Assembly (NCBI GenBank): GCA_043228905.1
Contig: JBHGNT010000017.1
Coordinates: 1,364,001 to 1,428,000 of the forward strand
From: Azolla caroliniana
Taxonomy: Eukaryota > Plantae > Polypodiophyta
Reading direction: 5' to 3'
DNA: 64,000 nucleotides
Shown one piece after another: positions 33,301 to 46,689 of the stretch (positions are counted from its first letter, which is position 1; every line of letters begins with the position of its first letter). Under the pieces are notes generated by a model. The model made no database searches. It saw only the letters and a program-made list of their open reading frames with translations, and was not told where the DNA came from. Position numbers and translations under genes: made by a program.

Positions 33301-34499
33301 AATGACGCAAGCTCAGTGAAGGTCATACAATTCGTCAGCATTGATATGTCAACTCTCTCCTTTGAAGATGAACCAACCCCTTAATTTCTAAGCAACCATT
33401 TTTTTATCTAGATCTCCATGTCCCTATACGCATTGAGGTATTCTCATAAACGAAAAGGGTTTGCTTTTACTTTTTGCGATTTTATGGAGACATCAAATCA
33501 CTTATTTCTTAGAAGGACAAGAAAACGCTTGTCTTTAAGTGTCGGCCCAAACTTAAAAGGAAGACCCACATATCACCCCACCTATTTACAAACTACAAAA
33601 ATGCCCTCAATTTTAATTTAGGGTCGATATTTGAGTGCCTCATTTTTATTTTATTGCCAAAATAACCCTGGATTTTACTTTATGCTTACTATCAAAATTG
33701 CCCGCCTTTTTTAATTGGTAAATTTTATTTTAATTACCAAAATAATCCATTATTTTAAGTAGACTTATTGGGTGCTTAATAAGCTAAATAGATATCCAAT
33801 TAGCCTTACTTTGGTGCCCAATTTGGGTTAACAATAAATCAATCATCAAATTTTATCTCTTTACATATTTATTAGTAAAATGATCAATATATTATTCTAA
33901 TTAACAAGTAATTACTTAAAGTCAATCTATCTTGTCACAGTTAAAATCTACGGCCATTGTATTTAACAGACATAAAAAGGAAGTGTCAATGTATTCTAAA
34001 ACTAAAAGCTTCAACTCCAATATCATTCAAGTTTTGTTTTTTGAACATTGCTATCCTGCACTAGTGTTGTGCACTCTCAATCGTGAAGTTCATTATGTCA
34101 AATGCTTGAAATTTGAGTCTCTTATCTACTATTCACATAATCTGTGAAAATGTGTCAATTTGGCTCCTTATGTCATACTCAACATCTAACAACTTATTTG
34201 TTTGATCACTCAATCCGGACTAGTTTGAGAAACATGACCTCCGGCTTGGTTTATTGTTTAAGTATTCATCTATTCCTTGGCCTCCAATACATGAAATTTC
34301 CATATTATGTTGTCCCTCGATCCATTGATTGGCCATTCATAACATTCACTCCAATGGCTACATGAAACATATCTTTTCCATCTTAGACATTCAAAATCCA
34401 GTTCATTACACAATCCTCCAATCAATATGTAATCCACAAGGCAAATTTGTCTCATGTGAGACTTGTAAAAACATGAAATAATCATGTGCCAAAGCTTGT

Positions 34500-34920
34500 A
34501 TCTAAACCCTAAACCTACAATATCACAATTACTAGTCCCCCAAATGGATGAATAATTATAGTAAATATCGATGGGCTACGTAGGCATCGTATGACAACCA
34601 TATGTTCTGACAACAATATATGATGTAGCTCCACCACAAGACGTTATTCGAGATAGGACATCTTGTAGTAATAAAAATATAAGACGGGACAAGTGGTTCA
34701 AAGCCCACCCTGAAACAAAGGTTTGATTGAAATGGCCATAAGCTTTTTCCAACTCTATTGAAACCATTGTCAATTCCTAATGAACATATCAAGCATAATC
34801 CATGACCATTTGAACATCCAAGACATTGCACATTATAGAATATATTCCTACTTACAGTGAAACCATATTGGGCTTGGTGTAACGACTTTGGCAAATATTT
34901 TGTAATCTATTTTAAAACAA
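34500..34920 (-). mobile_element. Degenerate L1-type reverse transcriptase fragment
   Basis: PKSLHQAQYGFTVSRNIFYN and VSIELEKAYGH occur in adjacent frames (compare QxGFxxGRxIxxN and LDLEKAYDxV). Confidence 0.7.
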
Positions 34921-35233
34921 ATTTTCTAAGTGTCATCAATTGAGAAAGCATCAATCCTTCTATTGTTGATAGTCAAGTTTCTTCTTTTCTTGACGTTCTT
35001 GACAATAGATTCTTGTGGATGTCATGGATTAATCAATTCAGAAATATTCTTGTCTTTTTTTGCTATAATTCAAGTTTGTTGTTTTCTTGACTTTGTGATA
35101 AAAATAGCGAGGTTTGAGAAGAAGTCACAGAAAGGAGAGTAAGAGTAATAGAAAAATAATAATAAAGAATATTACAAACAATTATATATATATATATATA
35201 TATATAGTTTTGTCATTGATTTGTATCAACACA

Positions 35234-35640
35234 ATGGATCCCTATGTATTATTCAGTCTCTATTATGGTTTACTCACAACATTACTTGTTGGATTTTCCC
35301 AAATTCTATGTGTAAGAGCTTTGGTTACTAGGGCGAATCTTTGCGGTATTGTCACATTCAATGGATCAATGATCGGACAAGTATTAATTATTCGATCAAT
35401 ATATTGTTCACCCCTATATATCTTATTCTCCAAACCACACCTACTTACTATTGTAGTAGTGCCATACATTTTTTTCTTTCGGTTTCAAATAAAGGACTTA
35501 CAAAATTATCAAGACTTACGTCCTACTACCTCATTGCATGATCCACATCGTATATTTCTAAATAGCTCTCTTTTTCAAATTTTGAATCCAATTTTATTAC
35601 CAAGCCCTGTAATACTGAGACCGGTTCATCTGTTTCACCG
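35234..35640 (+). pseudogene. ycf1: Nuclear plastid DNA insertion (NUPT): 5' fragment of plastid ycf1
   Basis: MDPYVLFSLYYGLLTTLLVGFSQILCVRA...GSMIGQVLIIRSIYCSPLYILFSKPHLLTIVVVPY...LFQILNPILLPSP matches the recalled N-terminal transmembrane region of Ycf1/Tic214 in its fern/bryophyte-like form. It is intronless and similarity ends at ~35640. Confidence 0.85.
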
Positions 35641-36490
35641 GAGTACCATCATACCTTATGGCAAAACATTTACAACAATACATGTCTTCGGCAATTCTTT
35701 TTTTTTTTGTACTCTTTTGGGTTATTTGTTTTGATTAGATTTTTGAGGCATTCACAACTACATTTAGCAAACACCATCTTTTTTTTTCTTTTTTGTTGGA
35801 GTTTTGCTTTTCTAGGTCAAAACTAGAGTAGCAATGTCATATTTTTAGAGCTACTCAAAGAAACAAATTTAGAACTAATAGAGGAATTCAAATTTGTCAA
35901 CTCCAACACGTTGTCTTCTATAACCGGCACAAATGTTCAAATAAATAGTGGGCTTGTCCACTCAATTGAATCAGATTATGATTACAGATCTTGTCTTCCT
36001 CTCGAACTACTGTGTTGTGCCATTATCTAGCATCATAGAGTAGCAAGGTTGTTCTACACATGAAACATTTTCCAGATTGACAGGTTAGAGACAAATTATT
36101 CAGATATGTACTTTAAAAGAATATATTGGGATAGATACATGATTCATATACTATACATTGGATAATTTGTTGTTGGGAGGGTAAACATACAAAGTCTTTG
36201 TTAATACAAACCTGACGGAGGGAATTTTTCTACACAAATGACAAACATAATTATCTGGTAGCCAGAAAAGGCTGTGAGAAATCATCATATTATATGATTT
36301 GATTCATTCATTCGCGACAAAAATACCTCCTTCAGTACCGATTGGCAACGTAATATCTCTATTAACACCTCATGAAGACCTTTACGGATTTCTTTTCTTC
36401 TGTAACTCCTGCATAGTATACAACCCACCTTCTTAGAAGACCTTTTGAATTATTATTTTTTCTTGGAAGACCCATTTTCTTTAGAAGCCA

Positions 36491-39400
36491 TCATTGTGAT
36501 AGCGATGTTTTCTTTTCTTCTAACTCCTGCAAGGACCACATTCCTGCGTACACTCCCTTTTTCTTCAGGAGTTCTTGGTGTTTCCCCTCTTCAACAATTA
36601 CACCACCATCCATAACCTATTTATGTACATTTAGTATTTCAGGAAAAATCTGAAATATCCACAATTCATGAAGTTTTCGACTGCGATTGATCAACAGGCA
36701 GTCTTGTAAACTACAACATACCAGGATTTTATCACAATGCATTATTGTCGATAGACGATGTGCTACAAAGACACATGTCCTGCCACTAGATAACTCTTTG
36801 AGTGAATTCAAAATCCCTGCCTGTTCATTAAGACAACATTCTTACGCATTGAGAAATTTCAGTGCCATCGTGACATTCTGAAAATTAATTTTCATTACCT
36901 CTGTAGTGGAGTCAAGTGCACTAGTGGCCTCATCACATATAAGTAATCTTGGAGCCTGGAGACATACATCTCCGAATTACATCCAATCTTGGTATAACTG
37001 GTTCAAAATGAGAAAAGAGAAGCACTCACTTTAAGAAAAGCTCTTGCTATGGCTACCCTTTGCTTCTCACCTCCACTAAGCTAAAAGATAGATACAGACA
37101 TCATTAGCATCACTAAAAATATAGAACATCAAAGTTCTTATCATTTTCAAAGATGTCTCTTTCTATGTTGAAGAATATATAAAGTAACTTTTTGTTATAA
37201 TCTTCTATTGGATTGGCATAAATAAGAGAATATTGCAGTATGTTTTTCAATTTAGGAACATATGTGTCTGAAGGAATGAATACCTTGAGTCCTCGCTCAC
37301 CCACAATGGTCTTATAGCCTGCAGGCATGCGCATGACAGCATCATGGAGCCGCTGCACCAAATTTTCAAGTCATTCAATTCTTAAAAATGGGAATTTTTT
37401 TATCTATTTTTTTTCTCAATCATGCATTCACCTGGAACAATGGGAATGCTCAAAGCATGCACCAAACAAAATAAAAAAGTTTCATATTAATAAATATGAT
37501 CGACATTTGTAACAGTTTCCATACTCACTGCTTGCTTTGCAGCCTGCACCACCTCAGCCTCAGTGGCTGAAGGTTCACTATATGCTATATTGTGGAATAT
37601 AGTGTCGTTGAAAAGCACCTGCAATTTAGGAGAAAAATTTGATAAAGATATTGACCAAAATTAGGTCCCACAACAATTCATATGCATCTGCACTTCACTG
37701 TGTCTTGAGGTACGACAGCCACAGCCCTGCGCAAGGAAGCTTGCGTCAAAGACCGTAAATCATGACCATCCATTAACAAAGTGCCTATCTCAGGATCGTA
37801 AAGCCGGAGCAAAAGCTTTACGATTGTAGACTTTCCGGAACCAGAAGGTCCTACAATGGCTATACTCTCTCCTGGTTCTGCATAAAATGATACACCATGC
37901 AATACCTGCATAGATAATATACGACTTTGAAAGATTGAATTCTAGAAATTGTATATGAGGCTCCATCATTAAACTCACTTTTCTAGTCGATTTAAATGAG
38001 AAATGGAGATTGTGTGCCCTCATTCTGACCCCATATCCATTTTGTTTCAGTTGCATTTGACCATCATTCAGACTTGACTTTGTCCTGCCAAGCCAAATAA
38101 ACCATATATTCCTTGCTCTATATAGTCTGTGATTTTTAAAAGGAAAATGCAAACTGACAAATAGCAGTTTTCTTTCTTTTTCCCATATGGATTAACACTG
38201 GTTACACTTTAAAGCAATAGAACAATTTTCACCTGAGAATGTTGAACAAAGAATCAAGATCCACTAGAGATTGCCTTAAATCCCGATAAAGGAAGCCAAG
38301 AAACTGCAAGCTAGATGTAATTTTGCAAATTAATCACCATGGTGGCATGCATATACATGCATTAAATTAAGAAATATCAGAAGAATATACCTGCAGTGGT
38401 CCTGAGAGCTGAAGAATAAGCCCATTTGCAAGGACAAGATCACCAATTGTCATGGAACCTTGCAATACAGAGTGGCCTGCCAGTGCCATGACAAGTGCAA
38501 CTCCAGTTGCCAGGATAATGCCCTGTCCTGCATTCAGTAGTGCTGATAGGTGCTCTGCATCCAGCTGAGGAGAAAGTCAATTACATCTCACACCAAAAAT
38601 CATCTTCTAAATAGGTTGAAATTAAAAGCTGTGGATTCATTTTGTAAGAATTCATAATAGCAAGATCTGTTTCAAAGGTTCAAAATTTGCCACAATTTCT
38701 TTCTCAAAGCACCTTGAGAGATTTTTAAGAGGATCTACGCTAAATCAAGATTATAGTTCTAATGACAGAAATGGTAAATAAAATAGCATTATTCCTGTTC
38801 TGTTTCATTGTTGGAATTTGCATCAATTACCAAATGCAATAAAATGACCAATGCAGGAGGACTAAATTGATTGCTGTTCTGAATGCTTCAATGAATAATG
38901 GAAGTGATATGCAATAAAAACTTTCAGGCTTGTTGCTAAAACATAAAAGGGGAGCAATGCATAGAGCAATGGAATACCATAGCAACTTGTTGCCTCTTCA
39001 GTAAGTTATTATACTGTTGTACCTCAAGCTTCTGGCTATTGCACTGCATCAATCCATCACATATGTATCAGATTTAATGCATAAATAAATTCCCAACTGT
39101 CACTCACATAGAGCTTTTTGTAACATTAATTTTTTGACAGATCTTCCCCATCAGCCAAAATGCAAGTAGTTCTACCTGTGCAACCATCTCAAAGTTAAGC
39201 AGCGCATCAACAACCTTCCCAGTCACAAGCTCTTCAACTTTGTTTGCCTAAAAAACAGGAACACTCTATTTTTTTAAGGTATTGAAATCCCACAACCAGA
39301 AAACTTTTGCTTGCAAACCTCTTTACGACTTGATGCAGCAGCTTGTGTAATGTCAATGGTCCACCAAACATATGCCACAAAGGTCACGAGTACAATGCCC

Positions 39401-42400
39401 GCAATAGTAGAGCTTACTTTTTGTGCTAAGAGCACACAGACTAAACCAAGCTCAATGATAGTGGGAATGAATGTGAACACTGTTTTAAGAAGCAGAAAGT
39501 CAAACTTCTACCAGAATGGGAAAGAACAGAAACAAATTAAAACATGCACTCACAAATAAAAACCAAGTATGGAAAACTTACGACAGTTAAGTATTGTTTT
39601 ATCAATAATGAAATATACTAACAAGAGATGTATAATGGCTTTGCATTAATATAACTGTAATCTATGCAGTTCTTGACAGATATAAATTGTTGTGAATTTA
39701 TATGTAGGTGACACTCCTGTGGCAATGCTCCTGCTTATCTTTCCACCTAGAAGGGGTACCTTTATGTATGATCGCCCAGAAGCATTAATAAGCATTCTGT
39801 TAATTCATAGTGGCAGCTGCCACCTTTGTGCTTTAAATTCCTAGAGCAAGAGAATGCAGTTGAACAGAATACCAAGAAATGTGTATCACTACCCTGACAG
39901 TCACTGGCACTAATTACGAAACCAGAAATAGCATTCACCTCAAAGAATGGTCAAAAGGCAGACTTCTTCACTGAGTTGGGATTCTCCATAACTGATCACA
40001 TAGTTTGGCAGTATCATGGGTAGCAGGGAAATTCGCTTAGGCATTCCAGCTTTAGGAATAAAGCTATTACCCTTCATACAAGACTTTAGTGTGGTATTTG
40101 ATCATTTCCGGTGGTCACCTTGGTGGCCATCATGAGCACAGCATGCATTTCCAAACCCCCATATGGTACTAGCCTCTAATCTATTCCAAAATCCTAAGTT
40201 TGATAAGCTAATGGTTTACTGTAACAAGCTAGCCACAATATGTAAACAGCGCAACTTGGTGCTCCCAATTTGAGTAGCATGTGCACAATAATCTGAGGTT
40301 GTAAACAGCTAGCCATCAAACTGGTCATCCTCTAAACATAAAAAGAGGAGTACATGAGCCCCAAAAGGGGGTTATTGTAAGCTTCCAAAGATCAATGCCG
40401 AGTCTCAATACATAAACAGTAAACGTAAACACATCACTAGCAAGTTGTTCTCTCTCCCAGATCCTTACCAAGCATACATGTAGCTTTTGTTTGGAAGCTC
40501 CTCAATATCCCAATGAGTATCATTTGCTCCTTGGAATGTGAATCATCATCACTATACAGGAATTTGCAATGCTCAGAATTTGACTGGGAATAATAGATCC
40601 ATCTGGTGTCATATTGGCACCCTTTTGCTTCAGATGCATAACTTTATTGATTACCATATGAATAAAGTGGGAAAGGCTTGCCAAGGCATTTCACTCATAA
40701 CACTGCAGACTTTGATCCAGAGAGGAAAGGAATGTTAGTTTTGCAGCTGAATAGGGGCATCCCTTCTTGCATGTGTGACAAATTATGGAGTAATATTCTG
40801 GGGGGGATTAATGGGTCACTTAATGTATTGTTGGAGGAGAATTATCAATTAGAAATCCACGGTAACTCTATCAGGTGCAGTGGCAGGCCCCAACTTCTCT
40901 GGAATATTGCTAGGCTTCCCTTTTTCTATTACAAATGCTGATTATTGGTGAGATCCAATTTTTAAGAGGATGTTTCGGTTCCTGATTTTCTCTTTGTACT
41001 ATTATCTTCTTAATGGTAGTCTTCTGAAACTGCATCAGTTCTAGGTCGAGATTGCAGGGAGTTTGCCAGCTCGCAATCCACATTTGTGCCTCCATGATGC
41101 AGAGGTACAGAGAAAGATCTTTAACCTGTTTGATGTGGTAATAAAAGGAGCATATTGAGGGGGAGGTTTTGGTATAGCTGGAACCTAAACTTCTCAACCA
41201 AAAAGAAACACAGATGTGCATGCAAAAAGTTCTTTCATGGCTACTTTCTAGGATCTTAACACAGTGGTACTGTTATCAACATTTCAGCCCCTCTTTTTCA
41301 CTAGAAGAAAGCCTAAGAGCTTATTTGTTGGCTTAATTTTCCTTGTTCCACAAGGGGATGTCAAGATGATAGACATTCAGCATGATAAGTCACAATAGTG
41401 TGACCACAACAATAGTCACTTGCACTGGCTATAAATAGCTATAAATCCAAGCATCATAGTTTCTCTCTGAAGAAAACTATGTCTGTCATTGTGCTGTTTT
41501 ATGAAATAAGAGGGAGACACCATTGCCTCTTTAAGTAAGGCACTTTGGCCCACCACGCAAGGTAATGGAATATGGATCAACAATGCTTGGTGCTGTTCTT
41601 GGTAGAACTGAAGAGATACAGGGAGAAGTTGTTAGAACAACAATACAACCACACAAGATCATCAACAAAGAATAATCACAACTTTCTTTACCCCAAGCAC
41701 TCCTACTCAAACTACAAGTCTGTCAAGGGTTACACAAGTGGACTTCAGACCAAGACATTGCAGAGGGGTTACAATAGATCCAGCAAAAGCAATTTCTCAT
41801 GCACGTACGCCCTGACCTCGTGGACCACAATCTCACCATCCTTGTCATCGACAAATAAAGGCCATTATCTCTGGCCATCGTTGGTGCTTCCCTTGCTTCA
41901 GAGCTCTCTCCATTTTGGATCGATAAAAATTCCAATCTATCAAACTTGAGAATATTACATGGATTGATAACGAGATTCTTTAGTCACTTCTGTTTTTTAC
42001 TTTTTTACTTAGCTACATTTATTTTGATTTGTTCTCAAAGACAAGGCAACGTTTTAAGATGTAATCTCTAATTTGGTCGTTTAGCCTCTTAAAAAGATGT
42101 TAATATATCTTTCTTTCTCTTATTCTTTCTGTAGTTTCTAGTAAGAAAAAGACTCTCTAGTGAGAGTCAGAGAGAGAGAGGCATATTAGAGAAAGAGTAC
42201 TTTGGCCCTAACGGGATTCTTGGGAGTTGTGTGTGAATTGTAAAAAAATGGTTGAAAACAAGAAACAGTCGCAAGCATCCTTCTCTACATGTGCAGCCTA
42301 TCTTAAACAAACATTTTGTGAAGTAGAAGAACAGGTGAAAAAAGCAAAGAAGGACATTGCTGTTCACAGGCTTTTCTGTATGCCGCTAGTTTTCTAATTA

Positions 42401-45400
42401 TGAATCCATAAAGGATAAAACAACTTCCTTAATCATGGGTTTTTCTTTCACATACCCACAGCTCGGAAAATATGTACAACAGCACGTTGTGCACGGTCAA
42501 GTATACGGGCAAGCACCCCGGTGCTCCTCTCTAGGTGGAATGCTAAATCAAGTCCCAGAATGTGATCAAGAAGATGAATTGCAACTCTTCTACCAGTAGC
42601 ATGACCAAGGGGTGCAAAAATTACATACCGCATTTCATTCATGCCTGCACTGACTGCCTGCCAGGACAAGGAATTTATTTAGTGAAGTGTACATCCAAAT
42701 CATGACAGGGACCTTCTAATATATGCAGTCTCATTAGAACCTTTGAAAAAAAATAAGCAAGGTATAGTGTCCAACGATTTTCTTAATATAAAGAGGATAT
42801 AATAAATTTATGCTTGAGAGAATAATAATAACTATTAAAAACAAGACCTAATAAATATTTTACTGGCTGCAGCAGGAAACATAGTTGTAGTGAGATTGCA
42901 TTCTAAAGAGGTAAATGTGTGAGAATGAGTTTCTAATGCAGTTAATCCAGCCAACACATTTCTCAATCAAATGTATTGCACACAAACTAACCAACACCCT
43001 AGTAAGAAAGTCCTAATATTGATGGAAGAGAAATTTTTAATTTAACTTTAGACAATTAGAAACAAGTTTAATAAAGTATTTATTGAAGACCTTGCTCATG
43101 GCAGAGAGAAGGAGAGCCCCTATTATTAACTTCGGTGATTGTTTATACATATGATCTGGCATAGCTTGCAACCCATCCATTGCCCACTTCAGAAGAAGTG
43201 GTCCCACAATTCCTGCAGCCTGCACAACTCACAAAGCAAGTAAAAATAAAAACTTCTGGAGTTGAGATCATTAAAGAGGAATACATTTCTCATTCTTGAA
43301 ATTATATGAAAATTGCAACCAGAATGTTCATAAAATAGATCAGAACAAAAAATTGGAGAAAATAAGAGAAGATTCAAGAATCTATCACCAAAATACTTCC
43401 TCTCTTCTGTTCAGTTGTTGAAATCTTTTGGATCTATGCCAAATTCTGTTCTGCTGCCTACGTCCTTGAGTAAATTCGAAATGTAGCTCATGATATCTGA
43501 GACTTTTTACATATTTAGAGTTCCTAGAAGCTTAATTTGACCTATAGGACAAAACAAATCATCTAGTAGCTATTACATCCCGTCTTCGAATTGCAAAAAG
43601 GCACAGAAACAAGATACAAGTGAGGGTAGTTAATGGCACAGAACAACGTAAGACAATGTTATAAACATGAATAAATTATCCCTTATAAGGACAGCAAAGC
43701 TGAAAAAGCTTGCAAGAAGACAATGCATGTTAGAAACACAGACACAGAAAATTGAAATCATGATTCACAACAATCAACATTATCCATTGAAGCTCACTAT
43801 TTCAAAATATTATGTTAACTAAGAAGAAAAAATAATTACCTTTCCTCCAATGAGCAGAAACAGTGCAACAAATAAGCGCCATCCCAATGTTTGATCTCCT
43901 GTTGCCAGACTCCAAAGGTAAGGCAACACCTATAGATTCAAGACATTAACCATGAAATAAATTTTTCAAATCAAACATTGAATCTCCCAAAATCTGCACA
44001 TCTAAGTGACTTGATAAGCACTGAAGACACACATACAGTCCCTATGAATGGTGATTTCTGAAGATATAGAATATCCCTCCATACAATCAAAAATATGAAT
44101 AGTTTGAGAAGTTAAATAAACCCAACTAGAATCTCCCTCCCTAACAGGTATGCATCGAAATCAGTGATCCATAAAACACGTTCATATGCTTTGATAGATC
44201 AGTATTACACAATAATTCTCAGTATGGTTATTTCTGAAGACATTGGCATATATGGAGCCATATAACTATAAAAATGCAAATAATTTATGGATTTGAAGCA
44301 TGTTATAAGAGCCTATAACCAAATTACGAGGCATAATCCTAGACTTATAGATAAGTTATGGACTTTAAGAATTACAGTTATAACTTTAGAAATACATATA
44401 TATTATTGATCACTAAGCATGCCATAACCACATTGAAGGTGTAACTTAATACATTATTTTCTTGCCTTATAGGGTTAGATCCTACTTCACCCACAGAGTT
44501 ATATATAGAAAGAAAGAAATAGTAATGTCTTTTAAGAGGCCAAAGTGGCCTATTAAGACCAAACAAGAGATTATATCTTAAAATTTTGTCTCATCTTTCA
44601 GAACAACAAGCCAAATAAATAAATAAAAAGGTGACTAAAGAATCTCATTATCTGTACATGTGAGATTCTCAAGTCAAATATATTGTAATTTTTATTTTCA
44701 AAAAATCTCTAGCATAGGTCGATCTAGAATGGAGAGATCTCCAAAGCGATGGAAGCACGTGCGACGGCAGGAGATATTACCCATTTTCTAATAATGAAAA
44801 GGGTGGTGAGTTTGTGTTTCACAAGATCAAGGCCAACGAGCATGAAAATTTGTTGCCTAATCTATTGTAACCCTTTTGCAATCCTACTCAAGTGCCCACT
44901 TGTGTAGCACAAGTAGGAGTGATGGGAGAAAGATTTTGTGATTATTCTTTGTTGATGAGCTTGTGTGGTGTGCATGCTTATCTGAGTCTCTAAATTATGT
45001 GACAAGGTCCACAGATGCCCTATGACATCTGGTAGTGCATGTGATAGATGTGTTCGTGGCTCTTGGAATTGTATGCATGCACATTGTCTTTCAAGAGCAC
45101 CAAGGGCTGCATACCGATGAGAAAGCATTACTCCTAGGTATGTGTAGGATCGTGTGTATGCACCTTTTCCTTTCTCGAGAAGAATTCTACATTTGATCTC
45201 TTTACCCATGCTTGAGTGGTGTAAAACACCATCACATTAGCTTTATCAAGATTGAGTGAAAAATCTTTATTTATACAAAATGACTTTAAAGAGATTTGGA
45301 GTCTTGGTAGTCCATCTGAAGAGTCAGAGAGCGCACAATATCATCAGCATATAGTAATATCTGTATGGTTGAACCCATTAAGCCAAGCACACGATACAAT

Positions 45401-46440
45401 GTCGAAGGCAGCAATAGATCTTCTTTTAATGGGTTCTGCCCTCCCCAATAAGGGCTCGGAGGTTAATATGTAATTCAGCATTGTCAACCCCTTTCAAAAG
45501 CCTTCCTGCCCAGCTGAGAGACAGGCATTCCACTCTACCCACAAACTCTTCTGACTCTAGGATTGAGCCATATAGTTTAACCAAGTAATGACCAATCATG
45601 ATTGTCCTATAAGTGTTCAGCACCATGGGTTCCTCACTCTTGAAGATTGGCACAATGGTATGTTCTGTCCAGCTAGTAAAAAAACCTTCACACATAGATC
45701 TATTAAAGATGTGTGCTAGGAGGGTGTCACGGGCATACATAAAGTGCTCACCTACCAATTCACTATGACTCAGGCCTTTCCGAATTGAGGCCAAACAACA
45801 GTGTTTCTTACATTTTGTGGAGTGAAAAAGGAATATTCATGTGGGCGTGAGCTATGTGGGTGGGGTTCTTCTAGAAGTCCTTTATCGCTTTTAAGAATGA
45901 CATTCGAGATACATGAAGCAGTGTCACTTTCTTGCATTACTGTATTACTACGTGTATCCATAGGAATACGAAAACATGAATGCTCTCAAATCCACATTAC
46001 TGGAAATAGAGGTACATTATCTCATTCAAGCATGATCTAACCACATTAATAGGTATAATTCTGATTTTAATCTTTTTGCATACCAATGATATATCTGAAC
46101 CATTTGCTGGAGGCGTTGGAAGACCAGGCAATTCAGGCTCTTCTGATGATGATGATGATGATGATGATGATGACGATGATGATGATGAAGAAGAAGAAGT
46201 AGTAGTAGATGACGACGTTGACGACGACGACGATGATGATAATGATAATGATGGAGACAAGAAAACTGAGGATCGGTTGGCATTACTAGACGAGGGATGG
46301 ATGAAACGAATTGGGCTGCAATGTTTGACGTGTCGAAGAAGGCGAAGATGGTGATGAAGAGAGGGAGGCGCAAACAGCAGAAGGTGAGGAAGGGGAGATG
46401 GCGTCCTGCTTCTGGTGCAGAGGATCTTGGAAGACGCCAT
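36491..46440 (-). CDS. ATM/ABCB7-like half-size ABC transporter (ABCB subfamily) with organellar presequence, ~708 aa
   Basis: 17 GT-AG exons: 46440-46084, 43929-43840, 43219-43091, 42657-42456, 39479-39319, 39247-39176, 39043-38978, 38564-38391, 38303-38233, 38084-37979, 37905-37699, 37618-37529, 37352-37284, 37080-37030, 36955-36899, 36820-36722, 36616-36491; 2127 nt in frame to TGA. ATM-type TMD motifs LDLAFHLERSTG, DALLNFE and YRDLRQSLVD. NBD: Walker A GPSGSGKST, Q-loop VVPQD, signature LSGGEKQR, Walker B/D-loop LICDEATSALD, H-loop AHRLST. Confidence 0.95.
40500..42125 (+). mobile_element. RTE-like LINE remnant in ABC transporter intron 4
   Basis: Degenerate RT traces (LITLQTLIQRGK), an ORF2 C-terminal EENYVCHC...EIRGRHHCLF / DQQCLVLFLVELKRYREKLL patch, a ~500-bp 3' UTR and a (TTTC)n-like tail shared with other copies in the window. 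The 5' boundary is approximate. Confidence 0.7.
44505..45960 (-). mobile_element. RTE-like LINE remnant in ABC transporter intron 1
   Basis: RT N-terminal motifs HIFNRSMCEGF..SWTEHTIVPIFKS...TYRTIMIGH.LVKLYGSILE (45426-45794) and YTYLGV (~45135). The family 3' UTR lies at ~44505-44970. Confidence 0.85.
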
Positions 46441-46689
46441 GGGAGACTGATTCACTCGATCGATCGATCGATCGATCGCTACCCCGGCCCTCCTCCGCAG
46501 TGGCTCTCGCAGTTCATCTGTAGATTGAGTGAGTGGCTGAATTGAATTGAGTGACTACCACCAGAAGAGAAGAGAAGAGAAGAGAAGAGGAATTTTGGTG
46601 AGGATAGATTTTGAGAGGAAGAAATTTGAATGCAATGAGATAATACCAACAATAATAATACCCAATGTCCCTTTCATGGCTTTCCTTCC

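Noticed and set aside
35114-35734. Functional nuclear-encoded Ycf1 gene
   Set aside because: Only the N-terminal ~135 residues are present, conserved prolines appear mutated and there is no transit peptide. Treated as a NUPT.
46076-46354. Acidic poly-Asp ORF on the + strand
   Set aside because: Antisense shadow of the poly-Ser presequence of the ABC transporter.
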